A stretch of DNA of 64,000 nt from Owenia fusiformis (lineage: Eukaryota): assembly GCA_903813345.2 (NCBI GenBank), contig CAIIXF020000001.1, positions 7,378,001 to 7,442,000 of the forward strand, read 5' to 3'. Made by a program: the position numbers and the translations under genes. Shown piece after piece: positions 13,946-26,402 of this stretch. Under the pieces are notes generated by a model. It had not been told where the DNA came from and made no database searches. It saw only the letters and a list, made by a program, of their open reading frames with translations. Every line of letters begins with the position of its first letter. The stretch's first letter is position 1.

Positions 13946-14668
13946 ATCTACGAAACGGTTCAAAAAGCTACTAAATAGTTAAAGTATGAAAACTGAAAAA
14001 CACCATTCGATATGATACAAAGTATTATCGCGAGCTAACTTTTCTTAAAACATTCAAAATGGCTGACATAACTGAGCTAACAGGTCCAAACCTAATCAGA
14101 TGTAGAATGAAGTGAGCTGAACAAGATTTTAAAGTTTTAAAAGCAACTGTAAAGCCATTTTTTTAAAGTTTGCAGACAAGGATTTTAGCATTTGACTTCA
14201 AAATGGCCGACAGGAAGTAGGTATCGAGTTAAATTTTTTCATCCACATCCCTGAAAATTTGAAGGTGATATCTGTAGCGGTTTTTGGAGAAAACTGCCGG
14301 ACGTATGGACGGACAGACAGACGGACGCGCCTAGGCCGACAATATGGCCCCACACTATGTAGTGGGGACATAATAAGTAGTATTTTAAGAATGAATACCT
14401 GAAAAGTGAGTTATAAAACTATATAATTTGGCAATGCATTTCATCCTACCTAAATGGGCAAAGAAAGAAATGCATTCTCGTCTAGACCCAGACTAAAACT
14501 GTAGAAATACAGCCACTCTACAAAGTAGTAAATCCCACTGATCAAATCACTCATTTCGAAATTTCACGACAGTAGTGTCCAGGCAGTAGCAGTGTCTCCT
14601 TTTAGCAAAAACTATTTCGTGACATATATAAATTCATTTTGAATAACCATTTCCCTCAAAATGGAAAA

Positions 14669-15599
14669 TAGGACCCACGGTCCTGTGCTCACACAGTTTG
14701 GAACCTTCAGAGGAATGTATATCCTGACTTTCCAACAAAGATATTGATTTGGATTTGTAGTCTCGAACTTTGAGAAACTTGTACAGTTGTGTGACCTAGT
14801 TTGATGACCTTTGACCTTGAAAATTTTACTTATTTAGAGCTCAGTAAGGTCTTTTGTGATTAAGCTGACCAAAATTTACATCCAAAAATCAATTTGAAAA
14901 ATCAACTTTTTTGACCTTTCAAAGGTCACTGAAGGTCAAGTAAATCCTAAAACTAATGTCAGATTTGAACTCCTGGTAACTTGTAGATGCTTTTCATAAA
15001 AAAAATGGTCAAATTGAAGCAAGTTGAAAAATAACTTATTTTTACTGTTTTTTTTACGTCAAATATCTCAAAAACTGTAAAAATTTGATGCTGGCATGTA
15101 TTGAGCAATATTTAGGGAATGCTTAAATCTATTTATGATGTAATTCATTGCAAGAAATGATCAAGTATAAGGCAAACTTTGAGAAACTTGTCAATCACAA
15201 AACCTGCCATTGACTTTTAAATAAGTTTCCTACTTTTTGTCAAATTTTATAGAGTAAACACCAAAAACTGTAATTCCAAGAACTTTGAAATCTTCAGAGG
15301 ACATAAGTTGCATATACAGCAACTACTACAAGTTATTTGAAAGTTCTACTTCAACAAAGTGTCTAGTATTTACAGAAAATTTGACTTTTTGACGTCAAAA
15401 TCAGCAATTTCTCGGAAACCGGGCGAACTTGGGAAATGGCGATGATAGGTCAAATAGGCATTATGGATATGCATAAAATGACTGTGGATATGACTCAATC
15501 CGAATAGCAGTTTAAATTTGTGCAGCCAATGTTGACGGACGGACCAATGAACGGACGGACGCCTGGTCGATCCCATAGGCTCACTGTGTGAGCCAAAAA
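14669..15599 (-). mobile_element. HINE family C
   Basis: Hairpin AGGACCCACGGTCCT plus GCTCACACAGT; opposite end has (GGAC)n and ACTGTGTGAGCCAAAAA. Confidence 0.65.
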
Positions 15600-16633
15600 T
15601 GTATACCATTATGAATTCTGAGACCATTTTTGGAAATACCTTCTTGATTAGAGATTGTGACACTATTCAACATTTTCTTTTTAAATATAGCCAAAGTTGA
15701 TAAAGAGGCTTTCAGGTTTGAGCCAAAAATGTTACTTTTGTAGAAAATGTCGTCCTTGATGAATTGAGCAGCTATTTTATATAATCCATTCAAAGTATCT
15801 GTTTAATTGCCCTTCCTTGAGGTTTACAAATGTTTGTAGGAACTGAAAATATTCTCTCGATAGACATTATAGATTGGTATATGGTTTTCAACTCTCGAAT
15901 CAAGTTGATAGCAATGAAGTATGAATTGTCTAGACTGTTTACGAAGCATGATGCACAGAGATGACCTTTTCCAGCTATTGTCTATAATATTGTTTATAAT
16001 TTTCAAAATGAGTATGACCAGACATATTACTTGTTGAAGTTGAAAATAAGTTCAACAAAATAAAAGAAACTTGAGTTTAAAGCTAGGAAATAATGCTTTA
16101 AAATAGACTGTTGACATCTTGCTCAGTGCCGCAAGATGACAACTGATACTCAATTCAATTAGTCAAAAAGGAACGAGGGCATATTCGTGATTTTACCTTT
16201 GTAACCCTCCTTAGGCAACTTTTTACATAAGTTAAAGACATGCGCTGGGATTGGTAAGGAAATGAGATTTTATAATAGTTCACCTTTCCACCCTTCTTTA
16301 ATAAAATAAAGGAAGAGGACTGTCATGCACGTAACCAGGCTCATGCACGTAACCATGCACGTAACCAAGGGTTTTAACAAATTTGCCAAATCTTTTTCAA
16401 CTAAAATTGTAAATGCAATTCAAAACACCTTCGTTGTTTTTTTGCCACTGACCAGTCTTTTAATGTCTCATGTGTTTCATAGTGTACACTTCTTATAATA
16501 TTTCACAAATCATTGTAAATACCATTATGTGGCACCTAATACTCCCTCTTGGGGGTCATAGCCACAACAAACTGTAAATATGTAACATTGATTTTAATAA
16601 AAAAGATTTAAATTAAAAAAAAGTGAAAAAATT

Positions 16634-19600
16634 AATACTGTGGGTACTGGGCTCACATGGTGTTGCTCAAAAGTGAATGATGGCTAAAATGACAGAAAAC
16701 GGATATAATTTTTTGCCGATGTTTTGAAACAAAATTATTTCATACAACTACACTTTACAAAGACATGGCTTTTTACAATGCAGGACACCTGGAATTATTC
16801 ATGAAGCTAGGAAATGGGCTAAAAGTGAATTTTACAAAACAAAATGGTGGCCGTTTTAAAAATAGGCGAGCTTTTGAAGCAGGAGTCACAGGGGTTTCTT
16901 TCTTTATTGATGCTGAACAAAAATATTCTAAAACAGGAATCCTATCTACAGAGGATTTAAAAAGAGCCAAGTGTTGACAGACATTGGTTTTTTTTTTAAC
17001 TTGCCACTATCTTGGACTGACTGAGAGACAGATGGACAAATCAATGTTAACTAAAATGGCTGAAAATTAAAAAAAATACACACGGTGAACAATATCGCAC
17101 CCTTGAACAGAAGTAGCCGTCTCAACATTTATCCAGAATGTCAAAAACTAATCAGTTCTAAACTTTTATAGGTAGAAACATCCCTGAGAATTTCAAATGA
17201 ATCCCTCAAAAGGTTTGGCTGGAAACCTGTTGACAAGCCTTGACAGACAAGATTTTAGGACGGAAAATCCAAAATGGCCGCCTTAATATTTACCCAGAAT
17301 GCCAAAAAACTAGTCAGTTCTAAACTTTCATAGATAGAAACATCCCTGAGAATTTCAAATGAATCACTCATACGGTTTGGCTGGAAACCTGTAGACAAGC
17401 CTTGACAGACAAGATTTTAGGACGGAAAATCCAAAATGGCCGCCTTAACATTTACCCAGAATGCCGAAAAACTAATCAGTTCTAAACTTTCATAGGTAGA
17501 AACATCCCTGAGAATTTCAAATGAATCCCTCAAACGGTTTGGCTGGAAACCTGTAGACAAGCCTTGACAGACAAGATTTTAGGACGGAAAATCCAAAATG
17601 GCCGCCTCAACATTTACCCAGAATGCCGAAAAACTAATCAGTTCTAAACTTTCATAGGAAGAAACATCCCTGAGAATTTCAAATGAATCCCTCAAACGGT
17701 TTGGCTGGAAACCTGTAGACAAGCCTTGACAGACAAGATTTTAGGACGGAAAATCCAAAATGGCCGCCTTAACATTTACGCAGAATGTCGAAAAACTAAT
17801 CAGTTCTAAACATGCATAGGTAGAAACATCCCTGAGAATTTCAAATGAATCCCTCAAACGGTTTGGCTGGAAACCTGTAGACAAGCCTTGAAAGACAAGA
17901 TTTTAGGACGGAAAATCCAAAATGGCCGCCTTAACATTTACCCAGAATGCCGAAAAACTAATCAGTTCTAAACTTTCATAGGTAGAAACATCCCTGAGAA
18001 TTTCAAATGAATCCCTCAAACAGTTTGGCTGGAAACCTGTAGACAAGCCTTGACAGACAAGATTTTAGGACGGAAAATCCAAAATGGCCGCCTTAACATT
18101 TACCCAGAATGCCCGAAAAACTAATCAGTTCTATAGGTAGAAACATCCCTGAGAATTTCAAATGAATCCCTCAAACAGTTTAGCTGGAAACCTGTAGACA
18201 AACCTTGACAGACAAGATTTTAGGACGGAAAATCCAAAATGGCCGCCTTAACATTTACCCAGAATGCCGAAAAACTAATCAGTTCTAAACATTCATAGGT
18301 AGAAACATCCCTGAGAATTTCAAATGAATCCTCCAAACGGTTTGGCTGGAAACCTGTAGACAAGATTATTCGGGACGCCCGCCCGCCCGGCAAACTGATT
18401 ACAATATAGCACCTTGGGGTGCGATAAAAACAGATATGATTTTTTGCTTTTGAACCAGGAGTCATAGGGGAGTTTTCTGTATTGATGTTGAACAGAAATA
18501 ACTTAAAACAGGAATCTTATCGACAGAGGTTTTAAAATGTGCCACTATTGTTGACGGAAAAGTGTTTTCTTGAGTCAGATGGACAAATCAATGTTAACTA
18601 AAATGGCTGAAAATAAAAAAAATGGATATGATTTTTAGCCGATTTTTTGTTACAAAATTATTTCATAGAACTACTCTTTACAGTGACATTGCTTTTTACA
18701 AAGCAGGACACCTGAAATAATTTGTAAAGCTAGGAAATGGGCCAAAAGTGAATTTCGCGAAACAAAAATGGCGGCCATTTTGAAAATAGGCGAGCTTTTG
18801 AACCAGGAGTCATAGGGGAGTTTTTAGTATTGATGTTGAACAAAAATAACTTAAAACGGGAATCCTATTGACAGAGGTTTTAACACAAATGGTCCAAAAG
18901 TAGATTTCGCGAGACATATGAACAAATCAATGTTAACTAAAATGGCTGAAAATAAAAAAACTGATATAATTCTTTGCCGATTTTTTGTAACAAAATTATT
19001 TCTTACAACTACTCTTTACATTGACATGAATTTTTACAATGCAGGACACCTGAAATTATTTGTAAAGCTAGGAAATGGGTCAAAAGTGAATTTCACGAGA
19101 CAAAATTGGCGGCCATTTTAAAAATAGGCCAGCATTTGAACCAGGAGTCATAGGGGCGTTTTCTGTATTGATATTGAACAGAAATAACTTAAAACAGGAA
19201 TCCTATTGACAGAGGTATTAAAACGTGCCACTGTTATTGACGGAAAGTGGATTTCGTGATTCAGATAGACAAATCAATGTTAACTAAAATGGCTGAAAAT
19301 AAAAAAATGGATATAATTTTTCGCTGATTTTTTGTAACAAAATTATTTCATATATCTACCCTTTACATTGACATATATGGATTTTTACAATATGCAGGAC
19401 ACCTGAATTTATTTGTAAAGCTAGGAAATGGGTCAAAAGTGAATTTCGTGAGACAAAAGTGGCGGCCATTTTGAAAATAGGCGAGCTTTTGAACCAGGAG
19501 TCATAGGGGAGTTTTCTGTATTGATGTTGAACAGAAATAACTTAAAACAGGAATCCTATCGACAGAGGTTTTAAAATGTGCCACTATTGTTGAGGGACGG

Positions 19601-19665
19601 ACGGACGGACAGACAGACAGACGGACAAGTGAGTGATTGCAAAAGCTCACCATGTGAGCTAAAAA
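16634..19665 (-). mobile_element. HINE family A, copy 2 (contains a nested family B element)
   Basis: Same termini and ~330-bp units as 8639-10347. Confidence 0.75.
17077..18430 (-). mobile_element. HINE family B-related element with ~8 near-identical 162-bp units
   Basis: subTIR ATCGCACCC / GGGTGCGAT; 162-bp period (e.g. 17241, 17403, 17565); sits in an A-tract of the host element with no TSD. Confidence 0.75.
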
Positions 19666-20047
19666 GGTGTCACAATTTATGGCCAGCATATATTCATGAT
19701 ATTTAGGAAAGGGAGAAATATGAAGAAACCTTTAGTAACAACAATTCCAAATAGGTTTGTATAGAATAAAGATTTATATGTCAGAGTCCTATACCCCAAC
19801 AATTATAATAAGTTTTATTATACATCGTATCTATACCCAAGAGTAAAGTCCTAGTACTCATGTTAAAGAGGTTGCTTAATAAATGAATAAGATTAGTTTT
19901 TTGTTTAAATATTGGAAAGGAAAAAATTGACACCATCTCTATTGAAAGCCAATGTTTGATATAAAAACTATAATTCTAAGTCCTGTAGATTTGCTGATTA
20001 TAGGCTTTGCTTTTTGTTTTATCCTTCACAGAGATATATATAATATA

Positions 20048-20650
20048 CTGGGTGTTTCATAATGAATGTCCCCCCATCTATCACCATTCCTAGATGACAA
20101 ACATCCATGCGTTATATATCATATGAAAGCATGTTCAATTCTTGACTTATTGAAACAACTTTGATTAAGCTCAGTAGCGTTTACCACTTGCTAAATATCA
20201 CTACAAAAGGTGTCTATTTGATCTTTGGCATATAATCAAATAGTCATATTTTCTGTAGCTGTGTGTTCTGTTAAAAGCAATGATAACCAAGGTTCAGAAC
20301 AGCATTATCTCCAGGAATGTACCAATTGTATCACTTGATAGATCCTGAGGATAAATCTTAATATTTAAAAGAAAAATTTATTATCATTTTAAAGCTCTTA
20401 ATGATACAATGGATTATATTACTATCTGCTCCTTTCTTTCAACCCTTCGTGAATGTAGGCCATTAATCTAGCAAATTAGGGTGATGATTACTACCAAACA
20501 TAAGTTCAAAGACTATGTTCCCAAAAATCAATTATGCCAATATTTAGTTCATAAGTCAAGAACTGAAGGAGCTTTACAGTAATATACAGACTAAGGGGTC
20601 ATGCGATTTAGGATTGACTGTAGATAGGACAGTCAGTATGAAACATCCTG
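20048..20650. mobile_element. Degenerate Tc1/mariner MITE
   Basis: CTGGGTGTTTCATA...TATGAAACATCCTG imperfect TIRs, TA on the left flank. Confidence 0.5.
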
Positions 20651-22499
20651 TGCAGTGTATATAGCAATGTGTGAAATCAAAAATCAAAGTACAGAAAAGT
20701 AAGTACAAGCATGACAGTATGGGGTAGTTTTTGTTCTTTTTCTTTTGATTATACAGTTGATGGAAGCTTGATGATCTGATGAGCAGTGATTTATGAATTT
20801 AAAACATTACGATTATTTGGGATATGACCACAATATGTCATAGCTGTGGTGAGATATTGATAATAAAATTATGGGCAGATATTTTCTTTTTAAGAAAACT
20901 GTTAACAAGATGTCAAAATTCTCATAATAGGAATAGAATAATTGTAACTGTATTTCCAAACCTTAACTAGCATTGCCCTCTATACACAAGCAAAAGCATT
21001 ATTCAGTGACAAGGGCTTGCCGAGGGGAAGCCGGGGGCATCAACTTTGGAAGAAGAAATTCGGGGTGTGCCGGGGGAGCGGGGGCAACCAACCCCGGCAA
21101 TCTAAAATTCAATGAGAGTTTAACATGTCTCCCAAACCGGGGCCCCGGCCAACCCCTGTCACATCTGACGGGGCAAATGACCCCGGTAATCTTTTGTTCT
21201 CTACTAAATTGACATGGGTGTTTACTGGTGACTGCCCCCAAATGCCCCCGGGACTTTTCATAAGGGCAGTTATCATGTACAATTCAAAAAGTATTTCGAG
21301 TTAAAACAGTTAATCGGGAGATTAAAATGAAATAAAGCACAAACCACATGCCTATTTTAGCCAGAAATTACAAACTGCGCATATACACTATCTAAACTAC
21401 ATATACGTAATTATCATTGGAATTTCTAAAGAGGCATATGTAGGTGCTTTAGAATTCCTGCTATATCGTCAGACTTTATTAGATTTGCATATTGAAAGTC
21501 AAAGTTTATAATAGAAGTGACAATTAAGTTGGAAAAGAAAAAACGTTTACTTCCAGATTGAAATAAGAGTAAGGAGATTCATGAATGGATGGCTCAATAA
21601 ACTTTTTCTCTTGAGACTTGAGAGGACATCTGATCGAAAGGATATTTTCACAGTATTTTATATTTAGTGTATTCTCGAACGAGTCTCTTGTATCTTTTAA
21701 TAGCTTCCCTTTTGGTCTTTTTCAATTGTCTTTCTTTTTTAAGAACGCATTTATTAAATTTCTTTTGTCAAAATCTGGAGGTGGTGTCATTATTTGAGGA
21801 GCTTAAAGAGAATCACTGGGCATATTGTCTTTGTATCTGGCTAGTTTTGCAGACTTCTTCTTGTTGCTTATATTTTCTGAAAACACAAGCTTGGATAGAC
21901 ACACAGTTTGGAGATATTAGGCGCGCAGTTTGGGAAATACATGTGAATGTAGGCGCGCAGTTTGACAGGAAAAATGTTTCAATCACGTTTATGGCATATT
22001 TTCGTTTTGAACACAAACTTTGCTGCTTAAATCGGATGGAGTAATCCTATATATTCTAGCATACACAGATACTGAATGAATGCCAAATGACGATAAAAAG
22101 ACAAATGTAACCTAAAAATGTAAATTTTGAACGAAGAAGCTACTTAACGCCCTTATATTGAGATAACTAGGTTTACATTAGGAACAACATTGAGTACTAT
22201 GAGTATATTAAGTTCATATTCACAGAATGATACTATCTTAAGAACGAGACCAACCTTGTATTTTTCATGTTTTGGCTCTTTTTGGGAGTCGTGTCCTCCC
22301 CGTCTTCCATTTTGAAATATGCGCGCAGTTTGTCAGAGTTACAAACTGCGTGCTTAGTAGGCGCGCAGATTGACATGGGCACCGTGATAGTTATACAAGG
22401 AAAGTTGATTCAAAAGATATGTATGGGCAAGTGCCAACGGGAAAGTATCAACAGTAAGAAAAAGAAAACATGTAGGCTAGGCGTACAATGATAAGGAAA

Positions 22500-23000
22500 A
22501 CAAACACCTATCACAAATCATAATCCAACATGAAAATTGTCTGATAGCCCTCTCCAACCATTCAAGTACCAATATCACAATGCGAGACAATAATACCAAG
22601 GACCATTTCTTCATACTGAAGTCATTACAATACATCCTGAAGAATAAATTAAAAATTGATAGCCAACATAACATTAATAAAAATAGCTGTAGATACTAGT
22701 ATCCATACAAGAGAGAGCATTCAGTCTCAAATGATGTGGGACTGACAAAATCCAATCTTTAAGTCCATAAGCATTAATCAAAGGGTCAACATCCATCTCT
22801 GCAAAGCTGATGCCATTATCCATAAAACACAATATTTCAAAATGGTCATCAGGAGAAAACTATGATGGTTACCATCCCTATTTCTCAACAATTAATCCCA
22901 GAGCCTGAATCAACCTAAAAGGGTATCAAGAGAAAAAATTGTAAGTCCGTTGCCAATCTTTAACAATTCTTACATCCCTTAGCATTTCAAGTGGCAAAAC
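22500..23000 (+). pseudogene. Possible old LINE RT C-terminal remnant
   Basis: Degenerate SIQERAF and FNNSYIP motifs resemble the CR1/L2 ORF2 C-terminus; heavily decayed. Confidence 0.3.
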
Positions 23001-23147
23001 TTGAAACTTTACAACTAATTAGTTTTTTGGCAATTTCTAGATGAATGTTAAATTGGCCATTTTGGATTTTCCATCCTGAAATCTTCTCTTCAGCTGATTA
23101 TTGGTGGGCATTTAGGTTACAAAATCTATATAGGATCAACCATTGAC

Positions 23148-25589
23148 ATGCATGTTGCACATGTTTGTTTAATTGTGTTGAAAAAGTACACATTTCTAAC
23201 AAAGGCATCTTTTTTCCAGTCAGATGAGGTTGTTCAACGCTCTTTCAATGAAACGATAAAAAATAACAGCACTAGATGTCCACATTGCAATGCAACTTGG
23301 CTACAATCAAACAACAGGGCTTCATTTAATAACACCAGCTTAGCTTCTAAATCAACAGCCACAATAGAATGCATGGAATCCCCTGGATGTAACAGATTGA
23401 CCCAATGGCTTTCTGCAACGACCGAGTCATCTTATGAGAACTTTACCTCTGACAAAAATGTCAATGCAGACCTACCTTCAGGTGTTTCAGGCCACAAGAC
23501 ATTCATCGTGCAAGACTTTTTTCGGGATCTTGAAGTATCAAGAGCTGAACTTATCATTGAGGTTACCATATTGGTTGTGTTAATGATTACTGGTGCCCCA
23601 AGTAATGCATTAATCATTTTTGTGCTGATTATATCAAAAAACTTGCGCAAATCAAAGGATTTTATGATTTTTAGCCTAGCTTTATCTGGTCTAATAATTA
23701 CCATAGTCACTCATCCAATATCCATTTACACTACTTATTTTGGAAATGGAAACTCTGAAGCAGTCGAAGGTCTTCTGTGTGATGTTGTCAGCCACTGTTT
23801 AGTAATAAGCATCGGCGCAACTTGGTATAGTTCTTCTCTTATGGCTCTAAATTGTTTCTATTCAACTCGGCCTCATTCAAAAATGCGAATAATATTACAA
23901 AGCAGACTGTGTATTATATTTTTGTTGGTTCTTGCCTGGCTCATTCCCACTGTGATCACGGTCATACCTCACATTGCAGGGTACGCATTACCAGCTTATG
24001 CTCCCGTATGGGGTGTCTGCCAAACTCTTATGCGTGCCCCTCGAAAAGAAAATATCACAAATAGTGCCATCATTGTAGTGGTATTTTTAATGGCTTTCAA
24101 CATGATTGTATGCTCATTTTTCTATGCCAAATTGTTAGTATTCTTGTACAGGCGAACTGTTATATTTTCTAATAGTGCAGTACAGGGTCAGTTTGAAAGA
24201 ACGTGTAAACAAATGATTCTCATGTTTTTCTTAATGGTAGTTTGTTTATTGCCATTGACCATTGTAGGATTTGTTGACCCGTTAATGATAAAGTTGAGCT
24301 CGATGCCTACTGTGTTTAACCGTCTGATTTTCTATATCTGCTTGGCAAATAGTTCAATCAACCCTTTTATCTATTTATTCAAACATAAAGATATTAGACA
24401 GGCTGCCCTAAAATTTTGTTGCAACACTGCATCTGTGGCTATGCATTCACCTGCTATAGGTAATATGCTTCCCCTTGGATCTGTTGCCATGCCACAGTAT
24501 GGATCTGTTGGTGAGCCACGAGAAGCAACTATCGGTGTGCTCAACCATGGATCTGTTGGTGAGCCACGAGAAGCAACTATCTGTGTGCTCAACCATGGAT
24601 CTGTTGGTGAGCCACAAGAAGCAACTATTAGTGTGCTCAACCATGGATCTGTTGGTGAGCCACGAGAAGCAACTATCAGTGTGCTCAACCATGGATCTGT
24701 TGGTGAGCCACAAGAAGCAACTATTAGTGTGCTCAACCATGAATCTGTTAGTGAGCCACGAGAAGCAACTATTAGTGTGCTCAACCATGAATCTGTTAGT
24801 GAGCCACGAGAAGCAACTATCTGTGTGCTCAACCATGGATCTGTTGGTGAGCCACAAGAAGCAACTATTAGTGTGCTCAACCATGGATCTGTTGGTGAGC
24901 CACAAGAAGCAACTATTAGTGTGCTCAACCATGGATCTGTTGGTGAGCCACGAGAAGCAACTATTAGTGTGCTCAACTATGGATCTGTTGGTGAGCCACA
25001 AGAAGCAACTAATAGTGTGCTCAACCATGGATCTGTTGGTGAGCCACGAGAAGCAACTATCGGTGTGCTCAACCATGGATCTGTTGGTGAGCCACAAGAA
25101 GCAACTATTAGTGTGCTCAACCATGGATCTGTTGGTGAGCCACAAGAAGCAACTATTAGTGTGCTGAACCATGGATCTGTTAGTGAGCCACGAGAAGCAA
25201 CTATCGGTGTGCTCAACCATGGATCTGTTGGTGAGCCACGAGACGCAACTATTAGTGTGCTCAACCATGGACCTGTTAGTGAGCCACGAGAAGCAACTAT
25301 CGGTGTGCTCAACCATGGATCTGTTGTCAAGCCACATGAAACAACTATCGGTGTGCTCAACCATGGATCTGTTGGTGAGCTACGAGAAGCAACTATTGGT
25401 GTGCTCAACCATGGATCTGATGGTGAGCCACGAGAAACAACTATTGGTATGCTCAACCATGGATCTGTTGGTGAGCCACGAGAAACAACTATTGGTGTGC
25501 TCAACCATGGATCTGGTGGTGAGCCACATGAAACAACTATTGGTGTACCAACATACACTAATGTTGGTATGCCCCCATGTTATATATAA
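23148..25589 (+). CDS. Orphan class A (rhodopsin-like) GPCR with tandem-repeat C-terminal tail
   Basis: Seven hydrophobic segments, N-glycosylation sequons in the N-terminus, TM1 SNALII, TM3 Cys, TM4 AW, TM6 CLLP, TM7 NSSINPFIY, helix 8 plus CC. True start uncertain: acceptor TTTTTCCAG at 23219, later in-frame Met at MESPG. Confidence 0.88.
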   Translation: MHVAHVCLIVLKKYTFLTKASFFQSDEVVQRSFNETIKNNSTRCPHCNATWLQSNNRASFNNTSLASKSTATIECMESPGCNRLTQWLSATTESSYENFTSDKNVNADLPSGVSGHKTFIVQDFFRDLEVSRAELIIEVTILVVLMITGAPSNALIIFVLIISKNLRKSKDFMIFSLALSGLIITIVTHPISIYTTYFGNGNSEAVEGLLCDVVSHCLVISIGATWYSSSLMALNCFYSTRPHSKMRIILQSRLCIIFLLVLAWLIPTVITVIPHIAGYALPAYAPVWGVCQTLMRAPRKENITNSAIIVVVFLMAFNMIVCSFFYAKLLVFLYRRTVIFSNSAVQGQFERTCKQMILMFFLMVVCLLPLTIVGFVDPLMIKLSSMPTVFNRLIFYICLANSSINPFIYLFKHKDIRQAALKFCCNTASVAMHSPAIGNMLPLGSVAMPQYGSVGEPREATIGVLNHGSVGEPREATICVLNHGSVGEPQEATISVLNHGSVGEPREATISVLNHGSVGEPQEATISVLNHESVSEPREATISVLNHESVSEPREATICVLNHGSVGEPQEATISVLNHGSVGEPQEATISVLNHGSVGEPREATISVLNYGSVGEPQEATNSVLNHGSVGEPREATIGVLNHGSVGEPQEATISVLNHGSVGEPQEATISVLNHGSVSEPREATIGVLNHGSVGEPRDATISVLNHGPVSEPREATIGVLNHGSVVKPHETTIGVLNHGSVGELREATIGVLNHGSDGEPRETTIGMLNHGSVGEPRETTIGVLNHGSGGEPHETTIGVPTYTNVGMPPCYI
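24498..25553 (+). repeat. Coding minisatellite, 22 x 48 bp (HGSVGEPREATISVLN)
   Basis: Units counted from the translation; frame stays open to the stop at 25589. Confidence 0.95.
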
Positions 25590-25876
25590 ATAATTGTCTT
25601 TTCTTCCTTGTTGGTGTACCCCAATATGCTATACAGCTTTTGTACATTATCGCTTCGTGGTGTGCAGTGTGCTCCCATGTGCTATATAAAATAATGGTCA
25701 TATTATTCTGCTATATTCTTGTTTATTGGTGTGGCCCAATCTGCTATACATATATAGGCCAATAGTCATATTACTGTGCTATATAATTAATGATCGTTGG
25801 TGTGGCCCAATTAGCTATAGGCCAATGGCCATATAACTTTGTGATGTGCTCCCATCAGCTATACATATCTCGTATA

Positions 25877-26402
25877 TAGTAGCCCGGACAGAATTGTTCA
25901 ATGGTCACTTTTTTTTTAATAACTTTTTTTCAGTATTATCAAAATCTGATTACATATTTGAAAATAACTAGAGTAAAATTCTGACATACAACAAAAATAT
26001 TTAAGGAACATCTCTCAATTTAATGATATTATAGGCGTTAATAGTATGAGTGACGTAAATACATAATTCACCATTTTGTCTCATTTTTGTTCAAAATGGC
26101 GGCATATTTTGTGGTTTGGATGATCAGTTGAAAGTTAATAGTAGCCTGGACAGAATTGTTCAATGGTCACTTTTTCTTTAATAACTTTTTTAATTTTCAG
26201 TATTATCAAAATCTGATTACATATTTGAAAACTAGACTAAAATTCATCTTACTCCATAAAAAAAATATTTAAGGAACACCTCTTAACTTATTGATATTAT
26301 AGGCGTTCATAGTGTGAATGAAGCAAATACATAATTCACCATTTTGTCTCATATTTGTTCAAAAATGGTGGCATGTTTTTGGGTTTGAATGTTCTGTTGA
26401 AA
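25877..26402. repeat. Tandem duplication of a ~260-bp segment
   Basis: TAGTAGCC(C/T)GGACAGAATTGTTCAATGG...GTTGAAA occurs twice (25877, 26138). Confidence 0.85.

Larger units (their letters stand above)
10365..14373 (-). mobile_element. HINE family B with ~161-bp array, interrupted by a LINE
   Basis: subTIR TGTCCCCAC / GTGGGGACA; GGAC/AGAC microsatellite near 14310; ~161-bp tandem units at 10440-11549. Confidence 0.7.

Noticed and set aside
16765-19689. Short ORFs such as MAFYNAGHL.. and MNKSMLTK..
   Set aside because: Chance frames in HINE satellite units, not conserved between copies.
21550-22044. Possible exon (125-aa plus-strand ORF, or minus-strand segment after the acceptor at ~21877)
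   Set aside because: In-frame stops on the minus strand, no recognisable domain, and flanking repeated GCGCGCAGTTTG motifs that suggest TE sequence.
24498-25553. CRISPR-like regular array (also 1381-1540, 17100-18360, 61500-61990)
   Set aside because: Head-to-tail tandem units with no unique spacers, no cas genes, and a eukaryotic intron-exon context.
23148-25589. Opsin
   Set aside because: TM7 (LIFYICLANSSINPFIY) has no retinal-binding lysine.
24371-25593. Alternative-frame and antisense ORFs of 140-305 aa over the GPCR tail
   Set aside because: By-products of a 48-bp unit that lacks stops in most frames.
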